From NCBI RefSeq assembly GCF_902713615.1, contig NC_052163.1, positions 22,764,248 to 22,828,247 on the forward strand: a stretch of 64,000 bases of DNA, written 5' to 3'. Under the pieces are notes generated by a model. It did no database searches. It saw nothing but the letters and a program-made list of their open reading frames with translations, and was not told the origin of the DNA. Shown in pieces: positions 38,086-53,810 of this stretch. The first letter of the stretch is position 1. The number at the start of each line of letters is the position of its first letter. The DNA comes from Scyliorhinus canicula (taxonomy: Eukaryota). A program made the translations under genes and the position numbers.

Positions 38086-38287
38086 CATGATGTGGAGATG
38101 CCGGCGTTGGACTGGGGTGAGCACAGTAAGAAGTCTTACAACACCAGGTTAAAGTCCAACAGGTTTGTTTCAAACACGAGCTTTCGGAGCACGGCTCCGA
38201 TTCACCTGAAGAAGGAGCCGTGCTCCGAAAGCTCGTGTTTGAAACAAACCTGTTGGACTTTAACCTGGTGTTGTAAGACTTCTTACT
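38086..38287. mobile_element. Penelope-like element end (inverted pLTR fragment) forming a perfect 74-bp hairpin
   Basis: Arms 38125-38198 and 38214-38287 are exact reverse complements; 12-bp TSD cttctttatgac (38074-38085 and 38288-38299). Confidence 0.8.
38203..38237 (+). ncRNA. Putative minimal type I hammerhead ribozyme core
   Basis: cac-CTGAAGA-a-ggagc(cgt)gctcc-GAAA-gc-TC-gtg: conserved core boxes, stem II, palindromic AGCU stem III and a short stem I, as described for Penelope pLTR hammerheads. Confidence 0.6.
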
Positions 38288-41035
38288 CTTCTTTATGACA
38301 TCATAGTAACCTTAAGTCATAAAGAAAGGGGTCACCCTTCACTTGATTCTTTCACCAGGTACAAAGTCTAGTGCCAGCTCTACCCAATGGTGTGCGGGAA
38401 CTGTACGAGAAGAATTCTCTGCAAGGTAGGTTGCCTTAGCTTGCAGCTTGGCAATAGCACAATGATACCGTACCATCAAGATTTTCATATCACCTTGAAT
38501 GCAGGGCGAGAACAAATATTACAAAGTATGATGGATGTTTGCCGGGAACTCAATTTTCAGAATGCATCAGTTTTTTTTAAGGTGACTTTGATGTGAAATG
38601 CTTTTTTTTAAAAATGGTAAACGTACAGCACAGTTATGCTGTAGGAAAACTTTGAAGCAGCACGGTAGCACACATGGCTAGCACTGTGGCTTCACAGCGC
38701 CAGGGTCCCAGGTTCGATTCACTGCTGGGTCACTTTTGTGCGGAGTCTGCACGTTCTCCCCGTGTCTGCGTGGGTTTCCTCCGGGTGCTCCGGTTTCCTC
38801 CCACAGTCCAAAGACGTGCAGGTTAGGTGGATTGGCCACGCTAAATTGCCCTTAGTGTCCATAAAGGTGAGGAGGGGTTATGGGGATAGGGTGGAAGTGA
38901 GGGCTTGGGTGGGTTGGTGCAGAATCGCTGGGCCGAATGGCCTCCTGCACTGTATGTTCTATGCATGTACTATGTAAAGATTATATCCTACTATATTTGC
39001 ACCTTTATTGTAAATTTTATAAAGGGAGTCATCTGGAAGTAAACATACTAATTCCTGAGTTCCAACTGGAACAATTGTGCTTTATGTTCCATAAGAACTG
39101 GCTGGAGGGCACAGGCGATCGTGCAGTCATTAGAACTGTACTCATAGTTACAGTCTTGCTTTAATAACCTCGTGAATGAGAACAAAATATTCTCCATTCT
39201 AAATTTCATTGCAGGTGAACTTCATGACATCAAAACAGCTATAGCTTTGCAAAATATATGTTGCCATTCTATCTCGAATCAGTACTTTTTAAGTACTGAT
39301 GATAGGCCTGTCTGTTGTGTTGCACTGAGGGCAGATCCTAACTCCAGGCTAATATGTGTGAGAGTTGAGTAATTTTCTATAAACAACTAGGTGAGGTAGT
39401 TATCTTTTGCCTATATATTTTATTTTTTGAGGGTTCCTTCTCTTTTCTGGGCGGTAACCAAATTTAAAGAGCCCCATCTACCCTTAATGGTGGCACCCAT
39501 ACCCATCAAATTCAAATATGCCCACTGAACCTCTGTGCAGTATTCAGAGCCAGTGCACAAATCTCCTCTAGCTGTAGCTGTCTGGAGTGGGTGGGCAGAA
39601 CCAAACCCTGTTAACTCAGATGGAATGCTACAATCGTCACTGTTATATTATGTGATTGTAATGAAATGTGTTCAGCAGAACAAGGGTGAACACGAGACAG
39701 GAGACCAGCACTGCCTGCAGTATGATATATAGAGTTACATGGTAATAGACTCTGAACACTCTAGAAGCAGTCTGCATTGAAGCAGCATGATGTTAATTGG
39801 ATCTGTAAATAGTTAAAGATGAACAATAAATAGTTTACGCTTGAACATATAAGCCTTGGGCTCTTCATGACAGAGACACCACAGCCGACACCACATTACA
39901 ATGTGATTGGCTGCAGTGGTCGCTCATGAAATATATCACATCAGTGGAGGCATCATAACACAACATGAAGATCAGTGGTGATAAGAAAGGTGGTATTATA
40001 AATGATGAACCCAGAGGCGGCACAGTGGTTAGCACTGCTGCCTCACAGCGCCAGGGACCCGGGTTAAATTCCAGCTTGGGTGACTGTCTGTTTGTGTGTG
40101 GGTTTCCTCCTGGTGCTCCGGTTTCCTCCCACAGTCCAATGATGTTCAGGTTGGGTGGACTGGCTATGCTAAATTGCCTCTTTGTGTCCAAAAGGTTAGG
40201 TGGGGTTACAGGGATAAGGTGGGGGAATGGGCTTGGGTGCTCCTTCGGAGGGTCAGTGCAGGCTCGATGGGCTGACTGGCCGCCTCCTTCACTGTAGGGA
40301 TTCTATGATCCTATTCTATGAATATCACAAGATATGAAAGACTAAAAGTAGCTGAAGGTTAACTGGAGAGACGTGTACCTCAGCAGAAACAAATAAAGAA
40401 AAGGTTTAGGAATCTTTGCTACAAGCTTGGAAGTTGAGGAATCCACCAGAGTAAGTGGATGTCCATTGCAAGACCCCGGAGTGATGAAGCATTTTAAAAA
40501 GAAACCTGGCCAGATCATAAAGACCTGACTCAAAGCACCTGGTCCATTCACAACATGATGAGCGATAATTACAAAAAATAAAGTTTTTGCTTGTGTAATA
40601 GAAAGGGTGGCGGTCCCAGAGGCTCAGCAGATTGCAGCTCTGGTGGCCATGTTGCACTGAGATTTTCAAAAAAGTTAAGTAAACATCAGCTGGTAGGCTA
40701 AAGAGTCAAACCTGCAGAGCAGTTTTTTTTTTAAGTGGAAAAGGCCTGCAGGATTTAAAAGAAAGGAATCCCTTTTCAGTTGGGTCAAAAATCCCTCGGG
40801 ACTAAGCGTATACAACTGGAAGATTATCCAAAGACAAGTAAAATTAATTTAACATCATGTGGTAATAGAGAACACTCTAGAAACAGCCTGCATGGAAGCA
40901 GCACCATGCATGATATTAATTGGGACTGGTAAATAGCTAAAGATTAACAATAAGTGGTTCATGTTTAAGCATGTAAATCTGAAGATCATAGAATGCAGAA
41001 GGTAGCCATTTGGCCCATCAAGTCTGCACCGACCA

Positions 41036-41460
41036 TAGCCCGGCAGAGGATTCTTCTTCAGTGGAAGGATGCGAGGCCCCCAAGCGTGGAGGCCTGGATC
41101 AATGATATGGCGGGGTTCATCAAATTGGAGAAGGTGAAATTTGCCCTGAGGGGATCAGTACAAGGATTCTTTAGGCGGTGGCAGCCTTTCCTGGACTTCC
41201 TGGCGGAACGGTAGGGAAATAGGCCGGCAGCAGCAGCAACCGAGCGGTGGGGGGGAGGGTTTGGTTCGGTGGGAGGGAGAACTGTGTACATGGGTTTGTG
41301 GGATGTGGCGGGTGTTACCGCTTTCCCTTTTGTTGTTTGATTTTTTTTTCTTTGTTTGCAGTTGCTTTTATAGTTGGGTGGGTGTTGTTCTTGGGTTTTT
41401 ACCGCGGTTGTTTTGTTTATATTTTGTGAAAATCTTAATAAAAATTTTTTTTAAAAAAAA
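41036..41460 (+). mobile_element. 5'-truncated L1 3' end inserted into a SINE
   Basis: Encodes RILLQWKDARPPSVEAWINDMAGFIKLEKVKFALRG...AER*, close to the 58.7-kb L1. AATAAA and A tail. 16-bp TSD aagtctgcaccgacca at 41020-41035 and 41461-41476. Confidence 0.93.
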
Positions 41461-42394
41461 AAGTCTGCACCGACCACCTGAAAGAGTACCCTATCTAGGC
41501 CCACACCCTCTCCCTATCCCGTGACCCCCATCTAACCTGCACATCTTTAGACTGTGGGAGGAAACAGGAGCGCAGGAAGTGCAAACTCCACACAGTCACC
41601 CAAGGCTGGAATTGAACTAGGCTCCCTGGTGCTGTGAGACAGCAGTGCTTGCCACTGTGTTACCAATCACGTTGATGAAATACTATGTCTGAACTTAGAC
41701 AAACCATGGTATTTAGCTGTGGCACAATAATGCAACAGTCACCATATCCAAACTTGCACATGGTGCCAACCCAGCATTTAGTGACTGTGTTATAGTCTTC
41801 ACATTTCAAGGCTATTTGGAGTGGGATTCAAACACTTTTCCACCTAACAAAGGCAAGAATGCCAAAGGCTTACTCCAGGTGAGTTGTCAAGCTTTAGGGG
41901 CCTCTTTAATTGTGGCAGTTCAATAGAAACCTCTTTAAAGAAGAACATGAAGTATCTTGGCAGTCAAATCTGAATGTTTTATTTAATACTAAAGTTATTA
42001 ATGTCCATATTACGCCATGTTCTAGTTAAAACAATGGTAAATTAAGGCTCCTATGTTGTAATGTGATGGTACATAATGATATCACTGCATGCCTGAACAT
42101 TAAGGCATGACCCTCTTTGAGCAAAAATGCTGCTGGGACTGTTTGTGTGTATTTCTGAAACACATTTCTCCTTTCGTTGAGGCTGTACAATAGTGGTGAG
42201 AGGGTATGTGAGGATCAATTTTAATTTCCTGTGAGGATCAATGACCCAAATGGTATGGGTATGATTAATAAGTAATTGGAGCTGAAGTTGTAGATCTGTA
42301 CCCTACGTAGCACCAACATAATGCAATATGCTGAAAATGCTAGATTGAAGATCGTATTTTGACATTTTGGACTTCTCTTTTTGTTCGGGTTTAG

Positions 42395-42516
42395 GCTACA
42401 CAGTGAAGATGACAACATTGACATTGCCAAATCTGACTTGACACCATCCAGTTCACTAACCTATGCAGCAACTGTTGCCAAAACTAGCTCAGTGCCTTCA
42501 TCGTCAACAACACCAG
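42395..42516 (+). CDS. WIPI1: WIPI1 exon 11 equivalent, (R)LHSEDDNIDIAKSDLTPSSSLTYAATVAKTSSVPSSSTTP
   Basis: gtttag| acceptor, cag|gtatca donor, 122 nt, phase 2-1. YAATVA motif as in WIPI1. Confidence 0.9.
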
Positions 42517-42754
42517 GTATCAATTTAATCTCAGCCACTTGTAATATTGTTTGTTGATTAACCAGATTATCATGCTTTATGTCTCAAGTATAAGAGTACA
42601 CAATGGAACTTTCTGAGCTGTTAAGTACAGTAAACATTAAATTTTAATAAGTTTCAGTGGTTACTGCACAAGGGAACTAAGTGTGCTACATAGCACATTA
42701 CACTGGAAACTCTCCTGTATGTTATATATTAATTAATCTCCTATATATTGTACA

Positions 42755-42943
42755 GGGGCTGGTTTAGCACACTGGGCTAAATCGCTGGCTTTTAAAGCAG
42801 ACCAAGGCAGTCCAGCTGCACAGTTCAATTCCTGTACCAGCCTCCCCGAACAGGCGCCAGAATGTGGCGACTAGGGGCTTTTCATAGTAACTTCATTGAA
42901 GCCTACTCGTGACAATAAGCGATTTTCATTTCATTTCATTTCA
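42755..42943 (+). mobile_element. tRNA-derived SINE with (tttca)n tail
   Basis: ggggctggtttagcac head, gttcaattcc B box, microsatellite tail. Confidence 0.75.
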
Positions 42944-43089
42944 TATACGGTAGTGTGTGCTGATCTCTACGTTATGAAATGAAGCTGAACAACATGTTCA
43001 GAGATGGATGCCATATACTCAACATGTTTTGATTTAAATTATTATACCTATCCTCTTAAGCCTTACTGTTGTTTAATGTTCCCTTCCAG

Positions 43090-43190
43090 GATATTCTGAA
43101 GATGGGGGGATTCTGCACGGAGAGATCATTCCTGAGCACGAGCTTGCTGCTGGACCATTGCACCTGGATGATGAGACTGAATTTCCTCCT
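43090..43190 (+). CDS. WIPI1: WIPI1 exon 12 equivalent, (G)YSEDGGILHGEIIPEHELAAGPLHLDDETEFPP; read-through of the donor adds VSIQNN* (stop 43209-43211)
   Basis: ttccag| acceptor, cct|gtgagc donor, 101 nt. YSEDGG...LDDExEFPP matches the WIPI1 tail. Confidence 0.93.
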
Positions 43191-43211
43191 GTGAGCATAC
43201 AGAATAACTAA

Positions 43212-46187
43212 AGCCTGAGCCATCGCTTTGTCACTCACGAGGGCAAGTGTTAATCTGAAACTGAGAAGAAAGTATTCCAGTCGCACAAAACACATTCATT
43301 CTACGATGAAGCTGACCTGTGTCTTTTTGATTAACACCTAAGGAGTTCAGAAACACATGGCATCCAAAAGTGACACATTTCAAACCGTCTTTGCTTAGAT
43401 TGTTCACTTTCCTCATTCATATTTTGTAGCATGTAGCATTAATGATTAGACAGGCTGGAATAAACAAAGATAAACTGTGTTTCTCCATAAACTAATGATG
43501 CAGCTCAGTAGCTGGAGAGCTGAAACCTCAGAGTACTGAGGTGTGCTTTCAGTCTATAGGCTTCCATCACCTCTGCAAACAGTGCAGGACATGCGCAGCA
43601 TCTTGCTGATGCTAAAAGTACCAAAGTCTGACTCGTTTTCTACATGGGCATCTTGGAAACTGTGCGAGTGTGTTTCATTTCACGGCACTTGCGCACAGCT
43701 CAAGTGGGGGTTGGGGAAAGGGGAGTCAGCCACATACTCCATGTATACCTCTGCACACCCATGTCTCCTCACCTTGCACAGGTCCTCGTAAGGCAAAATG
43801 GAAAAGATTATTAATATCTTTTGAGTAATCAGTAGTTAGAAGTTGGGTAATAGCTTTAAACATCAGCAGAAAAACATTCATTCAAGTGGCCTAAGACTGG
43901 TTTAGAGTATTTGTTTTTGCTTGAGTTCAGCTATTTTCATGGTATATTATTTTGACGTCTAGCACAATAGTACCTTGATCGCCTCTCTGAATATTCATTT
44001 AGATCTTTCAGTAATGGATGGGATGATTTAATGCAGAAATAATTTGATTGACTGATTGTCTGGCATCAATTTACTTGTACAAGTGAAGGACTGAACTCAG
44101 AATTTAAACGTCCGGTATTTGGAAAATTGCTGCTTTCATAACATTGACTCAACTTTATATGGAGCAAATTTAAAACTTCAAACATACCTGTGAACGAAAT
44201 GGAACAGTTATATGTGCTCAGGTTTGAATATTTAATTCCTTTTAGCAGAATCCATTTGTTCTTAAAACGCTATTATTCTCCTAATTGACCTGTGTTGTTC
44301 ATGGTACTCTTGAGATTGGCTATATGGCAGTGCTTTTCCCCGTGGATTCTTCCAGCTCTTTACTTTCATGGAAATATGGCCTTGGAACTGGGGCCACTAT
44401 TAAAAATTTCAGATTTTAGCATTTAAATCGTATACATTTTGAAAATACACCGGCCTCAGGCATTTCAATTTAGTTCGGCACAGTGGTTAGCACTGTTGTC
44501 TCATAGCGGCAAGGACGTGGATTCGATACCTGCCTTGGGTGACCGCGTAGAGTTTGCATGTTCTCCCCGTATCTCCGTGGGTTTCCTCCAGGTGCTCCGA
44601 TTTCCTCCCACAGTCCAAAGATGTGTAGGTTAGGTGGGATTACAGGAAAAGGGCATGGGAGTGGTCCTAGGTAAGGTGCTCCTTCAGAGGGTCAGTGCAG
44701 ACTCGATGGGCCGAATGGCCTCCTTCAGCACTGTATGGATTCAATGGTTCATATAATTTATGTAAGTAGCATAAAATATTAGTACAGAAATAATTGCTAA
44801 TTTTTTTCCCCCCAAAGTAATGTTTAAAAATTAGATGAACAATTTTCCCTCAAATGTAAGGATAGGACCTCAAACTTTCTTTTAAAGCCTGAAAGACCTT
44901 GTATGTTATACTGACATTGTAGCAGTTAGTTCTGCAGTAACACTGACATAATTTTGACATTATCTGTAACAAATAAAATTGAGTGCTAGCATGTGACAGA
45001 TGTGCATGAATGTGAATGATAAGTCAGCACTTAATACTAGACTCTCTGCTGTCTAGTTTCTTAATCAAGAGATTAGATTATGAGCGTTAATTGTGCTCTG
45101 CATTTCCATTCTTCTGTCCACATAATTTCCTAAAGACATGTCTGAACTTTTAACCACATCACGTGCACTTTAGTAGTTCTATAACTGTTGACAGTGTCTG
45201 ACACTATTAATTCAAAAACACAGAAGGTTTATAGTCAGCTGAATAGCTGATTAGACAGAAAAGTCACTGAGTGACATAATTGCGGCCAGGAACTAAGTTG
45301 AAAGGTTTTATGTTTAACGACCTTCATTTGCTGTCTGTTCTGCCTATGCCATCAATTTGCAGTTGAATATCAGCACTTTTTAATAGCTTTATGAAAACAG
45401 TCTCTGTTTTGGAGGGTCCTAGTCATAGTCAAGGATCAGGAGCTGATGAGGTCAGTTTCGAGGTCACTCAGTTGCTGTGTCACACTGCCTGGTTTCTGAT
45501 TGAAAGACGGTCCCATTGTTTCAGCGGGTCCAAAGTTAACTTTAGATTGGAAATATATTGCAGCTCTGCGTTTGTCACTAATTGTTTTTTTTTCCTGGCA
45601 ACTCATAAGTATCAATTTTGGTCAACTTTTTTTTGTTTCAGCCTGCGTCTCTAAGTGATATTCAAACCTGTTTAGATTTGTCTTTGAATACTGGGACCGG
45701 TTGTGCAAAACTGAGGTCTGATTGCAGAAAAGTGCAGACATGTGAGGCTGGCTCCCCTTCCTTTAGCTCCCCTTCCTTTAGCTTGCAAAGTGAAAGATGG
45801 TTGTTCAGAGGTAGATTTGTAGTGCCAAGTTTTGTGTGTTGTTATTTGCACTTGGAATGCAGCCGATGGATGAACCATACAACTACATCCTGCTTTGCCT
45901 ACAGTGTCCAATCAATTCAACGTTATGTAGCCGCACAGAAATATTGATTCAACCAAGATCCACTTAAATACTTGATTCTCTTTGTGATTTGTAACATGAT
46001 CCTGTGCAAATCATCAAAATGGTTTAATATCTATTTGTTTTGATATTGTAGCAGGGTGGGATGGGGGAAAGCTGCAGAATTCTCCGTCATTGCAAGAACA
46101 TTGGAATTTGTGGGACCAAGAAAATCTATCCTTTCTTGAGAGACTAACCTCTTCTTTCCAGGAATACTTTTAAATATTCAAAATAAA
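43212..46187 (+). other. WIPI1: Candidate proximal 3' UTR of the exon-12 read-through isoform (AATAAA at 43459, 44972, 46182)
   Basis: Follows an in-frame TAA; about 3 kb unusually poor in TEs (one SINE) relative to the introns. Confidence 0.45.
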
Positions 46188-46390
46188 ACCAAGAAAATGC
46201 TGAAAACGCTGGGCAGTTCAAGCAGCATCTGGTCGAGCGAAACTAGAGTCAGCATTTCGGGTCAAGATGACCTGTCATCAGTCCTGATGTTAACTCTGTT
46301 TCTCTCCACAGATACTGCCTGACCTGAGTATTTCCAGCACTTTTTGTTTCTATTTCAGCTTTCCGGCATTCGCAGTACTTTGTTTTGTAT
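46185..46390. repeat. Older palindromic Penelope-derived repeat (related bits at about 47295-47380 and 54000-54125)
   Basis: Imperfect inverted arms aaatgctg..cagcatctg / cagatactg..ccagcac. Confidence 0.55.
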
Positions 46391-46519
46391 TGGTGCTTCA
46401 AATTATTTTTCTCATGACTTATTCCATAACTTCATTTCCTTTTTGGTGAAAAATCTCCATCTAGCCTCGCCCAAGACTCCCAAACTTTTCTCTTTACTTT
46501 TAACCTGACTCACTGATAT

Positions 46520-47190
46520 TCACATCCTCCATTGTGGAAAACTGCGAGTATGTGTGGCTCATGTGTCCGCCACTGAACCATGCGTAGAGGTCTTCTATCC
46601 AGGGTACCGGTCAACATTCAAAACGGGAGGCGCGATTTACTGTCCTTTTACAATCCCCGCATAACCTGGCAGTGCCATTAGGTTTCAAGACTGGCACTAT
46701 CGGCACCCCCAAGCCCCAAACTGTTTTGGGCAGAAGATGCCCAACTGCTCCAGTCGGTCTAGCTCCTCATCCAATTTTGGTTTCAGGAATGGGACGGGCA
46801 CAGAAATACCCCGGTTGTGCTGATGGGTCTACAAAGATCTGACGGTGGCTCCCCAGATAGCCCCCAAACCTTTCTTAAATACTTCTGGAAACTTTGCGAG
46901 CACTGCACCTGGCTATCCAGGCACATCTGGCAAACGTGCTGCCAGTCCAAACGGAGGCATTTTAACCAATTGTGCCCCAGGAAGCTTGGCCCAGTCCCTT
47001 GGACTATTACCACTGATAAATTCACAGACTGCTGCTCGAACTCCATGGGGACCACCGAGGTGCCTGCGATCACGAACGAGGTTTTTACGCCTACAGAGCT
47101 CCCTGGTTAAAGGTTCAGTTCCACCCCCTCATCAGGGAAGATGGTATTCAGGTGAGGCCTCGGGGATCCTAATGGCCAAGACCCCATGAC
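46520..47190 (-). mobile_element. Gypsy protease/RT remnant
   Basis: GPSFLGHNWLKCLRLDW, ELDRLEQLGI and IVPVLKPNG.ARLCGD-like segments. Confidence 0.75.
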
Positions 47191-48015
47191 CTCCGTGCAG
47201 ATTGTAACAGGGTGTAAAACGGAACCAGTATCTCTTGCCTTGTGAAAGGCTCAGAAAAATGACCACAGCTATTAGTGAGGACTAGTTCGCGCTCCACAGA
47301 TTCTATCAGACTTGCTGAGATTGTCCAGCATTTTCTGTTTTTCTTTCAGATTCCAGCATCCACAGTAATTTGCTTTTTATGCTAATTCTGGCAGTTACTG
47401 CTAGAATTCACCCTTTTTACTCTTCCTTTAATCCTGAGATGAAAACAGCTATAAGCATTAACTTGTTTCTGGAGCAAGTAAATGCTTGTGCTCATTTATA
47501 AATCACTCCATGGCCTGAAGCTACTTACCTCTGGAACTTTCCCTAGCCCTACACTCTGACCAATAGTTACTAGTCTTCCAATTCTGGTCTAGTGTGTGTT
47601 CCACAATCTCTGCTCAACCAATGATAAAGCCTGCAATCGTCATATCCCTAAACTCTGGAATTTCCAAACTCATGTGCCATACTATATCTCTTACGCCTCA
47701 AAAGCCTCCTCAGAAGCTACCTCTTCAACCAAATTTATAATCACACCTATCTAACATTTACCCGAACTGCTGTTTGGTATCCCGCCCTCTTTGTTGAGTA
47801 TCGTTGAACAGTTTTCTACATTGCAGGTGCTAATTAATGTAATTTGTGATTACTCTGTACCCTTGTTGGACTAGCCTAATAGAGAATGAACTTGCGTCCC
47901 ATTTCACCCATAACTATTGCTTCGGCTCTCTTACCGAAGACAGGTCCAACTCATAGCACCTCTTCCTCAACCACGGGTCGAAGAAGGAGGATGGTCTTAA
48001 ATCCACCGCAGCTGG

Positions 48016-50475
<2,460 letters not shown>

Positions 50476-53044
50476 ATCTAACCCCATGCTGGTGGTACCA
50501 ATCTGACCCACACACATCCTCTAGCCACCCATAAACAAGGCCATATTGTTGTGACAACATACACTTTTACATGCATGTCATAGTCTGGAGTTATGGAAAT
50601 AGATAGTAGAGGCTCCATTTCTTTCCATTACCTGACTGACCAGGAATCTTTCCTGTTCTTTGCACCTGCCATTGGTGTGTGTTGGAAGGATTTACCAAGT
50701 TGATCTTTTTTGCCATGTTATGAACACCTTTCTTGGCCACACAGTCCTAGGATGGGACTAGAAGCCGAAGCTTCTGGCTCAGAGGCAGGCAGGGACGCTA
50801 CCCACTGAATCACAAGACCACTTCCACATCTTCCAACCCCTTCCAATTCCACTTCTGTCTGTATCTGGGAATAAATATAACATCAAGTCACTTACTTTCT
50901 AAACCCTTTTAACTGCTTGATTCAAGCAATTATTATTTCATCCCATCCCATATTGACTTGCGTTCAGTCCCTCAAGTCCAAGGGGCATAATTTTGAGCAG
51001 AACCATTCATCACCTGATCTGGCTGGGCTACATCCAAGTACAATCAAGCCACACTCGCCTCAGCCAAAAGCATCCACTTGTTCAATGTCATCCCAGAATC
51101 CAAACAAAATTACCATCATCTTTTTTCTACGACCCACCATCTCAGCAAAACAGTTTTTTTTTCCATGCCTCCAAAAACAAGTATGAAGAGCTCGTTGACT
51201 TCTTGTCCATCCATTCACCTGCCTCTGAGCCAAACTTTTCACCAGGCTCTTTCTCCCCCCCCCCCCCCCCCCCCACCACCACTGTTTATTCCCCACCCAC
51301 CCAAGCTCTGAGTCAATATTTTTCTCAAATATTATTCTCAAATAAGCAAAGAAATGGACACCTGAAACGGAAAATAATTCTCAATCCTCAGCCGGTCTGA
51401 GAGCATTTGTAGAGAGAAGTACAAATTTCACATTTCAGGTTGTGACCTTTCATCACATTTTATTTCTTTAGTTTCTTTCTCATTCCTCTCCAAGATCGTC
51501 TTGTTATGAGGCCCACATCCTAATCGCTTTTTACTGACCTTCCTGACCCCACCTCCCATCCCTTGCTGGACAACACTAAATATTGTTCTCCTCTTGCGTA
51601 TTGTACTGCTGCCTTCCAAAACCTATGTCATCAATCCACGTATCAAAATATCCAACCTCCATCCTTCTGTACTGCCACATCACCACAATCAACATTCTAT
51701 TTATTATAGTGCCGTTAATGTAATAAATCATCCCAAGATGCTTCATCGGAGGATTATAAAACAAAATGTGACACTGCCACATAAGGAAATGTTAGGTCAA
51801 ATAACAAAAAGCTTGGTCAAAGAGGTGGGCTTTAGGAGTGTTTTAATGGAAGGAAAGTCTCCAAAGTTCTTGCATGTACTATTGCCTCTCAAAACCTTGC
51901 TTATTTTTTTTGCTGGGCTTCCAACCCCATCACGAAGACCACCGTTTTCCACCTCTTTAAACACCCACCTTTGCCATTCCCTCAGACCATCTGCCGTTAC
52001 AACTTTCTTCCATGCTTTTATCACATCTAGACACGACTATCCAATGCTTTCCCATCTGATATCCTGTTCCCCACAGTGAATACTTCAGCTGCTAGTATCA
52101 TCCTTTTTAAAACATTTATTTTTCTATAAATTGAGAGTACCAAATTTTTTTTTTCCAATTAAGGGGCAATTCAGCGTGGCCAATCTACCTAAACTTTGAG
52201 TTGTGCGGGTGAATCCCATGCAGAAATGGGGAGAATGTGCAGCACCAGTAGATCCCCACTCCGCTGCTGTAAAAAATAATTTGGGGTGGTCGGTAAGTCC
52301 CGCCTAAATCTCATTCACACATCACCTCTGACTTGCTGATCAACATTAGCACTGACAGCTACAATTTAATATTCTTGTTTTTCTGTTCAATTCCTACATG
52401 TTATCACTCTTCCCGATCACTGCACAGGGTGTCATTCATCAATCCAATATCCCCATCATACCCCATTTCTGTGGGGCCAAAGCAAAGACCTGCTCCCAGA
52501 CAGTGGCATCTTTCCCCCTGGCATCAGACAGGAGTCTGTATCAAACTGTACTCACAGGCCAGGAATCTCCTAGGCCTCATGCTCTTGCAGACCTTTCTTA
52601 TCCAATAATTAATATCCTGACAAAGTGCAGAAGAAATTATGAATTGGCTCTAACTCAAAAGCGGATGTAAATAAGTGGTTGTGGAGGGGAAGTTTTACCA
52701 CTCGTATTACAAAACAAAGTAAAACCATAAAGTAGGTGAAGCAGTTTGACATCAAAAACTCTTTACGGGTAGATGTTTGAATGTGACTCACACTTCTTGT
52801 AATTCAACTGCGATTGTTCATACATTTATCATTCAGGAGTAATCGTCTGGGGCTCATTTTTGAGTAACTTATAATTTGCATCATCTATGGCTCATGCATC
52901 ATGTTAGATGTTTGAGTGGGTGAATTAATGGTAAATAGCAAATACAATGCTGGGTTTTCATTTACAATGGTGGTGCATTGATGTATCCGTTGATGTAAAA
53001 TGTGCTTGTGCTATTTATTTGCTGCCACTACCCTTTTTTCAAAA

Positions 53045-53810
53045 TTCATTTACGGGATGTGGGCATCGCTGGTCAGGCTAGCATTTATTGCGCTTCCCGA
53101 GTTGTCCTTCAGAAGGTGGTGGTGAGTTGCCTTTTTGAACTGCTGCAGTCCTTGAGGTGTAGGTACATCCACTGTAATATTAGGGTGGTAGTGCCAGAAT
53201 GTTGCCCCCACTGATAGTGAAGGAGCGGCGATATATTTCCAAGTCAGGGTGATGAGTGACATGGAGGGGAACCTCCAGGTGGTGGGCTTCCCAGGTATCT
53301 GATGCCCTTGTCCTTCTAGATGGTAGTGGTACTGGTGCTGTCTAAGGATCCTTGGTGAGTTACTGCAGTGTTTCTTGTAGATGGTACACATGACTGCCAC
53401 TGTTCGTCGGTGGCAGAGGATTTGAATTTTGTGGAAGGGGAAACAATCAAGCGGGCTGCTTTGTCCTGGATTAGGCTCCTTGAGTGTTGTTGGAGCTGAA
53501 TTCATCCAGGTAAGTGGGGATTATTCCATTACACTCCTGACTTGTTACTTGTAGATGGTGGGCAGGCTTTGGGGAGGACAGGAGGTGAGTTACTTGCCGT
53601 AGGATTCCTAGCCGGTGACCTGCCCTTGTAGCCACAGTATTAATATGGCTAGTCCAGTTTAGTGTCTGATCAATCGTAACCCCCTGGATATTGATTGTGG
53701 GGGATTCAGCGATTGTAGTGCCATTGAATGTCAAGGAGTGGTGATTAGATCCTCTCCTGTAGGATATGGTCATTGCCTGCCTCTTGTGTGGCATGAATGT
53801 AACTTGGCAC
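53045..53810 (-). mobile_element. Family B LINE 3' fragment (related pieces at about 6990-7680 on - and about 32560-32860 on +)
   Basis: IAESPTINI.GVTIDQ.LNWTSHIN, shared with 34.7-35.0 kb; ends in the family tail ...agcgatgcccacatcccgtaaatgaa. Confidence 0.8.

Noticed and set aside
38125-38287. CRISPR array or prokaryotic system
   Set aside because: No repeat-spacer arrays or operon structure anywhere; the window is intron-exon vertebrate DNA and this palindrome is TE-derived.
45157-45168. CACGTG E-box as a TFEB/CLEAR site, and a TGACGTAA near 14152
   Set aside because: Single short motifs far from the promoter, expected by chance.
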